Source: Leptospiraceae bacterium
Lineage (GTDB): Bacteria; Spirochaetota; Leptospiria; Leptospirales; Leptospiraceae
Assembly (NCBI GenBank): GCA_027485405.1
Contig: JAIXRB010000082.1
Coordinates: 13,657-77,656 of the forward strand
Direction of reading: 5' to 3'
Length of the DNA stretch: 64,000 nucleotides
Part shown: positions 49,879 to 58,383 of the stretch, one piece after another
How the letters are laid out: each line of letters begins with the position of its first letter
How positions within the stretch are numbered: the first letter of the stretch is position 1
Position numbers and translations under genes: made by a program
Notes under the pieces: model-generated
The model's database searches: none
Seen by the model: only the letters and a program-made list of their open reading frames with translations
What the model was told of the DNA's origin: nothing

Positions 49879-50359
49879 CAATTTCGTCAACTTCTGTGCC
49901 ACTTAGTTCTTGCTCTAAATTACTCTGAGCATATCCCTCATCTGGCAAGACTTGAAAAACCACCTGATCTATTGTTTCACCTTCGTGAACAATTTTTAAA
50001 AGATACTCCCCTATTGCTAATTTTTGAAATTCATCTCGAATCGAATTTGAATCAGTATCTACATTCTTTTTTTTGATATCAATTTCAACATAATCCAGCT
50101 CATACCTGTTTAATGAAATATGAAAGTCGGTAGTGGCACCTGGATTTCGAGAGAATGTGTAGACAAAATGAATAGTGTCTTTCGGAGAAAAGATCAAACC
50201 TTCTCGCATCATTCGAAAATCGGTGATAGTCTTCCATTCTTTCTCAAGAAGATCGATGTCCGAGCTTCTTGTGTTTGCCCAACCAAAATCACCGGTCGGC
50301 ACACCGCAATTGATACAGAATAAGAAAAGAGAGACTAGGAAGGATTTTTTAAGAGACAT
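49862..50359 (-). CDS. hypothetical lipoprotein
   Basis: Signal plus lipobox LVSLFLFCINC. 165 aa. Confidence 0.55.
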   Translation of the reverse strand: MSLKKSFLVSLFLFCINCGVPTGDFGWANTRSSDIDLLEKEWKTITDFRMMREGLIFSPKDTIHFVYTFSRNPGATTDFHISLNRYELDYVEIDIKKKNVDTDSNSIRDEFQKLAIGEYLLKIVHEGETIDQVVFQVLPDEGYAQSNLEQELSGTEVDEIVKYSR

Positions 50360-50435
50360 ATCTGTTCTGATTTACGGCAAATTACAGAATTTGTCTGGAG
50401 AAAAAGCTAGTAAGGAAAGACCAAAAAAGGCCTTT

Positions 50436-50606
50436 TTAGTTGGAATTGTCGTCCACAACCCTCCCTTTCGCTGAGATGTCCTTTTCTGAGTTCCTGTCAA
50501 AGGGCATAGGCGGTCTTTGGTAGCGCGAACTGGCTGGCAAAGTTAACAATCGCCCAATCCAACGAAAAACGAGAAAGAGCAGTAGTAAGAGTAAAAGAAA
50601 TTTCAT
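50436..50606 (-). CDS. candidate 56-aa single-TM small protein at the 3' end of the pgs operon (absent from the ORF track)
   Basis: My own translation of the minus strand: MKFLLLLLLLFLVFRWIGRLLTLPASSRYQRPPMPFDRNSEKDISAKGRVVDDNSN then TAA. It starts 10 nt after the upstream stop codon. No clear SD. Confidence 0.35.
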   Translation of the reverse strand: MKFLLLLLLLFLVFRWIGRLLTLPASSRYQRPPMPFDRNSEKDISAKGRVVDDNSN

Positions 50607-50616
50607 TTTCTAAAGC

Positions 50617-51753
50617 TTAGACTCTTTTCCGAATCGTCTCAGGCAATAAGTGGTTCAATTGAAACCTTCCCCATACACGATGCGTTATTCCAAATAGCCC
50701 AAGGAAAATTAAGTAAATAACAACACCAGCTAACATTGGGTTGAATTCTTCTTGGACAAATATTTTTCCTTCTCCAGGCTTAGGGGTCGACTTGGGTGAA
50801 ATTGGAAGACCATACTTTCTAGCTAAAGATTCAATTTGAATAATGTTTAGGACCTTAATCTCCCTGGTTAGAAATTCCTTAATTACGGAATCTGGCACGT
50901 CAATGTCCTCAGGTATCTCTGTTAGAATTCCGTTTTTGAAAACTTGCTTTCCGATGCTTGTTCCAAAAATGGTAGTTCCTCCTCCAATATTAACAAAAAG
51001 TTTGATTGGTTTATCGTTTGCCTCTTTAAAATAAGTATCCATTCGAAGCTGAATGGAATCCTTAAAAACGGGAGCTTCCAAAAAGCTAACATTGTTTCTG
51101 TTGATACCTTGCTTCAAAAGACGTTTTCCTTCTTCGGAAATTCCAACAGCCAGATCTTGGATTCCACCTAAAGACGCATATCTAGTTTTAGATTTGAACA
51201 CACCTTTCTCAATCAGAAAGGATTCCATATCTAACCAAAGCATATTGGGAAGATTTGCGCCGTATTGAGAAGCTGAAGAACTAGAAATAATGATTGGTTT
51301 GAGTTTCATTGTTTCAATTGCTGAAAACAAACAAATATTTGCCGCCGGAAAAGAACCTGAAATTGCGACTGCAATAGTGTCTCCTTCTTTTAATTCTACT
51401 TTTTCAAAGTAAGAAATGAAAATTGCCGCAAAGTTTGGGTTTATCGAAGTTTGCTTAGCAGAAAGTGAACCTGAATTACTAGTGACAGGCGTCAAAAACT
51501 CACCGATTAGCCCTGAACCTGCGGGATCTAACTCTTTTGATTCGTACTTTCTTATCCTTAAAAGTTCTGGTTTGAGACTCTCAAAAGCTCTGTAGGCAAG
51601 CTTTGCCGCGGCAAGTTTTTTTCGATAGTATGGCTGTTCTTTGCGAAGTTTCAGATTCTCTACTAGAAACAATCCACTCAAAGCTAATAAAGCGAGAACA
51701 ACGATTCCTGTAGTAGAGAATTTCCAAACTTTCCAGTATTCCTTTGCGATCAA
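50617..51753 (-). CDS. poly-gamma-glutamate system accessory protein (membrane-anchored at both ends; PgsA-independent type)
   Basis: The TTG start overlaps the pgsC stop (TTGA). N- and C-terminal TM helices. From memory it resembles the family named poly-gamma-glutamate system protein, which co-occurs with PgsB/PgsC. Context is the main evidence. Confidence 0.65.
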   Translation of the reverse strand: MIAKEYWKVWKFSTTGIVVLALLALSGLFLVENLKLRKEQPYYRKKLAAAKLAYRAFESLKPELLRIRKYESKELDPAGSGLIGEFLTPVTSNSGSLSAKQTSINPNFAAIFISYFEKVELKEGDTIAVAISGSFPAANICLFSAIETMKLKPIIISSSSASQYGANLPNMLWLDMESFLIEKGVFKSKTRYASLGGIQDLAVGISEEGKRLLKQGINRNNVSFLEAPVFKDSIQLRMDTYFKEANDKPIKLFVNIGGGTTIFGTSIGKQVFKNGILTEIPEDIDVPDSVIKEFLTREIKVLNIIQIESLARKYGLPISPKSTPKPGEGKIFVQEEFNPMLAGVVIYLIFLGLFGITHRVWGRFQLNHLLPETIRKRV

Positions 51754-52208
51754 ACCAGTTCTTCCCCAACTATCAAAATAAGGAGCAATCGAACTAGTAC
51801 TGAAGAAATAACTAGTACAGAAGTGGTTTCTAAAAATCCTTGTCTTTCAAACCAAATGGCAATTAAACCGGGAATAATGAAACCAATTGTTCTAACATCG
51901 GAAATTAAGTCTACTTCGCTGTTGGGGAACCATTCGAAATTGAAAAGGTATCCATAGAAATAAGCAAAAAGCAAAAGCAAAACTGTTTTTCTCTTTCCGA
52001 ATATTATAAAAACGTAAGACAACAATTGCACAGTAATGAACGAAAGAAAGGCGATGAAAAAAGTTAGAATGAGATTCTTTGGTTGATGAATATGAAGTGC
52101 CAAATAGCCAGGGACAATGAGCCCGGTTCCCAGTATCCCAAAGAATTCAGAAAAAATTAAACTAACTGCTAAACCAAGTCCTATAGAAATAGAAAGTAAA
52201 TCACCCAT
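51750..52208 (-). CDS. pgsC: poly-gamma-glutamate biosynthesis protein PgsC/CapC
   Basis: 152 aa with 4-5 TM helices. By eye, SLIFSEFFGILGTGLIVPGYLAL and GFIIPGLIA align with B. subtilis CapC SLIFAEKTGIVPAGLVVPGYLGL and GIIVPGLIA. Confidence 0.88.
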   Translation of the reverse strand: MGDLLSISIGLGLAVSLIFSEFFGILGTGLIVPGYLALHIHQPKNLILTFFIAFLSFITVQLLSYVFIIFGKRKTVLLLLFAYFYGYLFNFEWFPNSEVDLISDVRTIGFIIPGLIAIWFERQGFLETTSVLVISSVLVRLLLILIVGEELV

Positions 52209-53413
52209 TAATGGTTATTCTCCGAACGGTTTCGAATAAGTTGGATCAACTCAAGACCGGTTCCGCCAATATTGCCCAATGCCATTATGACCGAGCCTGA
52301 TTCGTTTTGTGCCAGAAGCGATTCAAAAATAAATTCAGGTGACTTACCTTCTAGGTTTAAAAATTTGATTCCAGGTTGAAAAAGCCTATTCATTTCCGCT
52401 TCTGCGAAGCTAGTTCCTGTACCTGTCAAAAAGACAATCTGAACCCCTGCCCAGGTAGAGGTTTCTCTAGCCAGTTGAATGCTTCTTTCAATTCGGTCAT
52501 CCCTGCAATGTAAAACCAAAGCTCGGACAGAGCCTTTCGAATACTTCATGTTTGCTTCATTCCAAATCAGTCTTGAACTTTCCGGATCATTCGCCGCTAG
52601 TGCATTCAAGAATGTAAGTTTTTTCCCAAAGAAATAAATGGGAAAGACTGTCAACGCTCCGGGATCGGGCTCCATTTCTAGCATACCTTCGAAGGCTCTC
52701 TCTCGAGACACGCCTATCAGTTCACAGACTTTAAGAGCGATTGCTACATTCTCTTTGTGTTCCCAATACTTGAACTGCATCATTTCCCGTTCTGATTTTG
52801 AGAGCACTTCCTTTTCTGAGACTGAAACGATTTCAGTTTGGCGATCTTCACAGACCTGAGTAAAAATTGTTGAATTTTCACTCTCAAGAAGAACTAGTTT
52901 CCCATTTAAAGGAATTGCTGATGCAAAAGCTTTTTTTACATCTTCTAAACTAGGTCCCATAACTTCTAAATGATCTGGTCTAACATTGGAGATTACACCG
53001 ATGTTCGAATTCAGAATTTGAACTTCGCTAGAGAATTGATACCGCGGTTCAAGTGCCATACATTCAATTACTAAAATCTCTGCTTTTTCATTGTAAGCTT
53101 CTTTCACTATGCGAATCTGCTCTAGTATTGTAGGTCGACCCCAACGCCGAACAGTCAACTCAGATCCATCTGCATAAATGATCCTAGCTAGTGTTCCTGT
53201 AGTCTTAGCCACCACAGAAAACCCTCCTTTTGACAATCCGGCTCGAATAAGTCGGGTTATGCTAGATTTTCCTCGAGTACCATTGACATGTATTCTATAA
53301 CGAAAGGCCCTTAACCTCTTTTTATGAACAAAGCCTTGAAATCCAAAAAAGCTCAAAAGCGACATAATCAAGCTTAGAAATAAGGCTGATTGGAAATCCA
53401 TAAAGTTTGTCAC
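52208..53413 (-). CDS. pgsB: poly-gamma-glutamate synthase PgsB/CapB (Mur-ligase-like amide ligase)
   Basis: N-terminal TM. VNGTRGKSSITRL P-loop, then KTTGT, ECMALEPRYQ, NVRPDHLEVMGPSLEDV and DPGA, paralleling B. subtilis CapB. Confidence 0.9.
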   Translation of the reverse strand: MTNFMDFQSALFLSLIMSLLSFFGFQGFVHKKRLRAFRYRIHVNGTRGKSSITRLIRAGLSKGGFSVVAKTTGTLARIIYADGSELTVRRWGRPTILEQIRIVKEAYNEKAEILVIECMALEPRYQFSSEVQILNSNIGVISNVRPDHLEVMGPSLEDVKKAFASAIPLNGKLVLLESENSTIFTQVCEDRQTEIVSVSEKEVLSKSEREMMQFKYWEHKENVAIALKVCELIGVSRERAFEGMLEMEPDPGALTVFPIYFFGKKLTFLNALAANDPESSRLIWNEANMKYSKGSVRALVLHCRDDRIERSIQLARETSTWAGVQIVFLTGTGTSFAEAEMNRLFQPGIKFLNLEGKSPEFIFESLLAQNESGSVIMALGNIGGTGLELIQLIRNRSENNH

Positions 53414-53496
53414 GAAGACATCATCATCCTTTCAATGATCTGTAATGAACTTGACACACAAATCGAATAAGATTTGAGACTAAAGAGCAGAAAACA

Positions 53497-55926
53497 ATGA
53501 GCATACGATACAAATTTTTACTTATTTTGGGCTTTAGCCAAATACTACTCCTGGTAGCACTTTCTGTCAGCTTTACTTATCTTTTAAGGGACGTAAAGAA
53601 CATACCGCAGACGCAAAGAGCCGAAGATTTGGCTCGAAATTTTCAAAGAGAGCTCGAATTTAAAGATGAAAAACTGAGAATTCTTCTCCAAGAAATTACA
53701 GCAAACCCTCAAGCAAGATCCATTTTTCTCTCTGGATTCGCAAATCGGGAAAATTTCCAAAAAGAACTTCCGTATTTGAAAGAAATTATGAATCGATATT
53801 CGCTTTCTATCTTTGAAATTGGAGACAAGCAAGGAACTGTTCTTTTCCGAGCCCATCGACCCAAAGACTTTGGAGATAGCAAACTAAAACAACCCATAAT
53901 TCAGAAAGCTATTCAAGGAGAAATCACCTCAACTATCGAAGATGGAAACAGCGGACTTGGATTTCGACTCGCGGCTCCACTTTTTGACAAAGGAACAATT
54001 CTTATTGGTCAGGTGGTAGATGATGCTTTCACCAAAACGATTACCAAAGATAACTCTATTCACTTAGCAATTTTTCAAGATGGAAAATTGAAAACCATTG
54101 GTTCTGATCTAATGAAGCGAGCAATAAGTACGAAGCAATTACCAAAGCAAACTAACTCTAGATTTGTTTTTGAAAAAGAACCGTATTATCTTGTGAAAAT
54201 TCCTTACAGTGGAGAAAACAACACTGTGAAAAACTTAGAGTTTATTGTAATGATCGATGAGAAAGTAGTTGAGAATAAAACAGGACAGATTTGGTCATTT
54301 TTCACTTTTGCTTCCTTCGCATTATTTGCTGTAATACTTGGAACTTCTTTCTTATTTGCAAGGGATATGGTAGATGCCATCAAGCTTTTAACTCGTGCGA
54401 TGAACAGTATCGATGAATGGCAACCTTCGAAACTACCGACCAAGAGAAAAGACGAAATAGGTCAAATGGGAAGAGTCTTCGTTGAGATGAAAGAAGAGCT
54501 TTATGAACACCAGACGAATTTGGAAGAGTTAGTGGAACAACGAACCAAGGAATTGAACGAAACATTGAAAGAGGTTCAGAAACTAAAAGAACAACAGGAC
54601 GGTGACTATTTTCTTACTTCCCTTTTGATTAGACCTTTGCAAGGAATTTTTTCAAGCTCTGAAGTAGTGTCCACTTCACTCTTCGAAAAACAAAAAAAGG
54701 AATTTGTTTTTCGTAACAAAACATCTAACATCGGAGGGGATTTAATAGTTGTTGATCAGGTAGTTTTGGTTCACCGAAAATACACCGTTTTTATGAATGC
54801 CGATGCCATGGGAAAATCAATCCAAGGAGCAGGTGGAGCACTCGTAATGGGAACGGTGTTTCGCTCAATTTTGAATAGAACTGCGAAAGTAAGCTATCTT
54901 CAAGATAGACACCCTGAACGTTGGTTAAAGGATGTTTTTCAAGAAATCCACAATGTTTTTGTTAGTTTTGATGGGCATATGCTAATTTCTGCAGTGATTG
55001 GTCTGATAGACGAGGCATCCGGAACTTTGTATACTTTGAATTCAGAGCATCCTTGGGTAGTACTTTATCGAGACGGAAAGGCAAGTTACATTGGGCAGGA
55101 GACAACTCTTCGAAAAATAGGGTTTACAGAGATGAACAGCGAAGAAGTCACTATCGATATTCAGTCTTTAAAAAAAGGAGACGTTCTTCTTATTGGATCG
55201 GACGGAAGAGATGATATCCTGCTTGAGACTCTGGAGTCAGGTGTACGAGATATCAATCAGTCGGAGGCTTTATTTCTCTCTGTTGTCGAGAAATCAGAGG
55301 GCAATCTAAGGGGAATTTATGATGGTTTAGTTGAAATCGGAGAGCTAACAGATGATTTGAGTCTTCTTAGAATTGGATACCAAGAAGAAATTGTGGAAAA
55401 TTCAGAAAACAAGAATGATGAAAAAGGATATGAGTTTCATCAATTTGTCCAAGAAGGAATCTCTCACTACAAATCGGGGGATCTCGAGAGCTCAATTATC
55501 TCTATGGAGCTTGCCTTAGAAGCTGAGCCTCATGATTCTTATTGTCTCCGAGAAATCTCGAAACTCTATCTGAAAACAAAGAGATTTGATCGAGCAATTA
55601 TCACTGCGAATAAGTATATAGAGGGTCATCCTGAAGATGCCGAATTTCTTTTTTATCTAGCCTATTCCTATAAACAAACGAAACAATATGAAAAAGCTTG
55701 TGATTTTGCAGAAAGATTGAGACTTCGAGATCCAAAGAATACAAAAAATCTTTTCGTTTTAGCTGAGGTTCATATTCATCTGAACAATCGAGTGAAAGTT
55801 GAATCCATTCTTTATCATTTAGAGCAACTGCTTCCTGAGGATTCTAAAGTAGCTAAATTGAAAAACTTCTATTGGAAGAAAGTTAACGAACAGAATTTAA
55901 AGGAAAAAGAACTATCGGCGGTTTGA
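53497..55926 (+). CDS. membrane sensor: extracytoplasmic domain, HAMP, SpoIIE/PP2C-like phosphatase, C-terminal TPR
   Basis: Two TM helices flank a ~240-aa sensor region. HAMP (RDMVDAIKLLTRAMNSI...EIGQMGRVFVEM). Then QQDGDYFLTSLL, GGDLIV, MNADAMGKSIQGAGG, GSDGRDD, DDLSLLRI and TPR repeats. Paralog of 20323-23604. Confidence 0.8.
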   Translation: MSIRYKFLLILGFSQILLLVALSVSFTYLLRDVKNIPQTQRAEDLARNFQRELEFKDEKLRILLQEITANPQARSIFLSGFANRENFQKELPYLKEIMNRYSLSIFEIGDKQGTVLFRAHRPKDFGDSKLKQPIIQKAIQGEITSTIEDGNSGLGFRLAAPLFDKGTILIGQVVDDAFTKTITKDNSIHLAIFQDGKLKTIGSDLMKRAISTKQLPKQTNSRFVFEKEPYYLVKIPYSGENNTVKNLEFIVMIDEKVVENKTGQIWSFFTFASFALFAVILGTSFLFARDMVDAIKLLTRAMNSIDEWQPSKLPTKRKDEIGQMGRVFVEMKEELYEHQTNLEELVEQRTKELNETLKEVQKLKEQQDGDYFLTSLLIRPLQGIFSSSEVVSTSLFEKQKKEFVFRNKTSNIGGDLIVVDQVVLVHRKYTVFMNADAMGKSIQGAGGALVMGTVFRSILNRTAKVSYLQDRHPERWLKDVFQEIHNVFVSFDGHMLISAVIGLIDEASGTLYTLNSEHPWVVLYRDGKASYIGQETTLRKIGFTEMNSEEVTIDIQSLKKGDVLLIGSDGRDDILLETLESGVRDINQSEALFLSVVEKSEGNLRGIYDGLVEIGELTDDLSLLRIGYQEEIVENSENKNDEKGYEFHQFVQEGISHYKSGDLESSIISMELALEAEPHDSYCLREISKLYLKTKRFDRAIITANKYIEGHPEDAEFLFYLAYSYKQTKQYEKACDFAERLRLRDPKNTKNLFVLAEVHIHLNNRVKVESILYHLEQLLPEDSKVAKLKNFYWKKVNEQNLKEKELSAV

Positions 55927-55935
55927 CGATAATTC

Positions 55936-56268
55936 TTAAAAAGATTTTATAGCATCTTCCGTAGTTTCAAATAATTGGACTACGGAAGAGATTTTAGAGA
56001 TTTTAAAAATTTGTCTGATAGTCTTAGAAACTTTCGCAATGCGAAGGCCACCGCCAGCTTCAGATAATTTGTCGTTTAATGACATTATCAGTCCAAAACC
56101 TGAAGAATCTATGAAGTTAACTCCACCTAAATCTAAAATAACCTTTATTTCATTTTGAGATATAAAGTTGTTGAGACGCTCTTTTAGAATTCCTGCATTT
56201 AACATATCTAAATTCCCATGAATTCTGAGAATGTAGATTCCGTCTTGCTTGGATTCAAAATATTCCAT
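55936..56268 (-). CDS. STAS-domain anti-sigma-factor antagonist (SpoIIAA/RsbV-like)
   Basis: 110 aa. The conserved phosphorylatable-serine motif VNFIDSSGFGLIMSL is present. Confidence 0.88.
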   Translation of the reverse strand: MEYFESKQDGIYILRIHGNLDMLNAGILKERLNNFISQNEIKVILDLGGVNFIDSSGFGLIMSLNDKLSEAGGGLRIAKVSKTIRQIFKISKISSVVQLFETTEDAIKSF

Positions 56269-56312
56269 TGGAAGGTATTTTAAAAATACATTTAAATATT
56301 AGCTGGTCAATC

Positions 56313-58382
56313 TTAATTCACAAATTTATCCCAATTCTCCTGGATTGCAATCGCCCTGAGAATGCTCCAAATGATCGGAGAGCCGTTCTCCGAATTCGTC
56401 AAAATTACAACTCCATAGCCTTTCGAGGCATGGAAGAAGGCTACCCCTTTGTGACCCTTGGTATGTCCCCCATGGAAAAAGTAAGGGGACTTGCCAGTTT
56501 CGTTGATAAAAAAACCTCTACCGACGGAAGCATTGACCGTTAAGTTTGCGGCACTCATTTTCGGAGTGAGCATATAGATTGCTGATTTGGTTTTTAGAAT
56601 TTGGGAGTTTCCATTTGCCGCCTTTGCCACTTCTACAAAAAGGTTTCCAATTTCTTCGGGAGTAGTCCATAGACCACCAGATCCGATTTCAGTAGGAATG
56701 AATCGTTTGTTTTCTAAAACATTGCCGTTTGGATCGTGACCCGTTACAAAGTCTAAATCAGAATTAAAATTCTGCTCAAAAGTGCTCCTACTCCAGCCTA
56801 GAGGCTTAGAAACAAGGTCCTGGGTTACAGAAACGAATGACTTACGCGTAACTTCAGAAACCAATTCTTGGAGAACACTATATCCCCCGCCCGAATAACG
56901 AGATTTACTCCCAGCTTGATAATAGATTCTCAACCCATTGCTTTCTTCATTTTTCAATTTATCTTTGATTTCAGAAATGGATTCCTTTTCTAGATTCTCA
57001 GGTAAATCCCAATCTCCCTTTTCAGTCAACCCACTCGTATGAGAAAGCAATGAATCTAAATTGATAAAACCAAATTGCTCGGGTTCCTCATTTTTGATGC
57101 GGTATTTGCGTAATTTTGATTCAATGTTTGTAAACAAATTAAGTTTTCCAAGTTCACTTAGCTTTACGATTGTGAATGCCGTAACTGGCTTAGTCAAGGA
57201 ACCAGCACGGAAAAGTGTATTTGGCGTTAAAAGCTTTCCTGTATCCGCGTTGGAAATTCCATAATTTTTTTTCCATTCTAATTTGAAATTTTTAAAAACT
57301 GCAATTCCAACGCCTGGAACTTTATTTTCTTTTAACAAATCTAAAATTGTTACTTCATTTTCTATGGACTTCTTATCTTTAAAAACTAATTTTCTAGCAT
57401 TGAACAATATTTCTGTTATATGTGATTTATTTGAATTTAATTCTCCAACTGTTCCATGCCAGGGATTCACTAGAATAATTGACACTTTACTCTTTCGATC
57501 AAAATAAACCAAAGAAGCTAAGTTTTTGACCTTACCAAACTGCCAATGAAAATAATCTCCCAAAAATAATCCTTCACCAAACATAATTCGATCTTCAGAA
57601 TAGCTATCTTTTACAAAAGTGTATTTAAACAATTCTTCAGTGGTTGATTTTTCTAAGATTTTTGGATTTAGTAGCTCCATTTGAAAAAGAAGTAAATCTT
57701 CTGGCGTGGAACTGATTCCAGAATTGCCTTTAAAAACATCCGATTCAATCAATTGAGTCTGTTTCATTTTCAAAGGCACAAACACATTCTTTTCTAAGAT
57801 TTTAGAAAAAGATTCTTTTTCGATAGCTTCAACGATTCGAGCTAATACCACATAGTCTAAGCGAGTAAATTTCCAATACTGTCCAGGAAAGAAAGAAAGA
57901 GGTTTTTTGGTCTGAATTAAAACATTATATGGATTCTTTTGATCTATTGGAACAACTTTTCCGTTGTTTTTTCTTTCAAGTTCTTGAAACTTTGGAAGTC
58001 CACTTGTATGTCGTAACAAATGTACAATTTGAACTTCTGGATAAGGAAAATCGGGCAAATAAATATCTACCTTGTCGCTTAGCTTAAGTTTACCTCTTTC
58101 TAAAAGTTGCCGAATTAAGAACGAAGTAAAAATTTGACTATTTTCTCCCAAAGGAAACGAATGCTTTTTATAAAGTTGCTTGGTTCGATATTCTTTGGAA
58201 GTGGAGATAGTTTCGCGAAAAACAACTTTTCCTTTGATAGCAACAAACACCAAACCTTCAAACCCATCAGCTAAGAGCTCTTTTCTGATTCTCGATTGAG
58301 TTTCAGGGGAAAGCAAAGATGGTTCGACATCTCGACACTGCCAAGAAATCAATAAAACCAACAAAAAGAGGAAATTGCGCAT
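56313..58382 (-). CDS. serine hydrolase with tandem class-C beta-lactamase/transpeptidase-like domains
   Basis: The second domain has the canonical FRAGSLTKPVTAF (SxxK). The first domain has FPLGENSQIFTSF at the equivalent position, with no SxxK. Start set at MRNFLFLLVLLISWQC, 2 nt after the gpmI stop. Confidence 0.8.
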   Translation of the reverse strand: MRNFLFLLVLLISWQCRDVEPSLLSPETQSRIRKELLADGFEGLVFVAIKGKVVFRETISTSKEYRTKQLYKKHSFPLGENSQIFTSFLIRQLLERGKLKLSDKVDIYLPDFPYPEVQIVHLLRHTSGLPKFQELERKNNGKVVPIDQKNPYNVLIQTKKPLSFFPGQYWKFTRLDYVVLARIVEAIEKESFSKILEKNVFVPLKMKQTQLIESDVFKGNSGISSTPEDLLLFQMELLNPKILEKSTTEELFKYTFVKDSYSEDRIMFGEGLFLGDYFHWQFGKVKNLASLVYFDRKSKVSIILVNPWHGTVGELNSNKSHITEILFNARKLVFKDKKSIENEVTILDLLKENKVPGVGIAVFKNFKLEWKKNYGISNADTGKLLTPNTLFRAGSLTKPVTAFTIVKLSELGKLNLFTNIESKLRKYRIKNEEPEQFGFINLDSLLSHTSGLTEKGDWDLPENLEKESISEIKDKLKNEESNGLRIYYQAGSKSRYSGGGYSVLQELVSEVTRKSFVSVTQDLVSKPLGWSRSTFEQNFNSDLDFVTGHDPNGNVLENKRFIPTEIGSGGLWTTPEEIGNLFVEVAKAANGNSQILKTKSAIYMLTPKMSAANLTVNASVGRGFFINETGKSPYFFHGGHTKGHKGVAFFHASKGYGVVILTNSENGSPIIWSILRAIAIQENWDKFVN

Positions 58383-58383
58383 G

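Noticed and set aside
50424-50437. Perfect 14-nt palindrome AAAAAGGCCTTTTT at the end of the candidate small ORF.
   Set aside because: As an RNA hairpin it would be only A-U pairs around a GGCC centre with no real loop, so it makes a poor intrinsic terminator. It could be a protein-binding site, but nothing else supports that.
53451-53456. Consensus TTGACA in the divergent pgsB / PP2C-sensor intergenic region.
   Set aside because: I found no acceptable -10 hexamer at 16-18 nt spacing, so I did not call a promoter.
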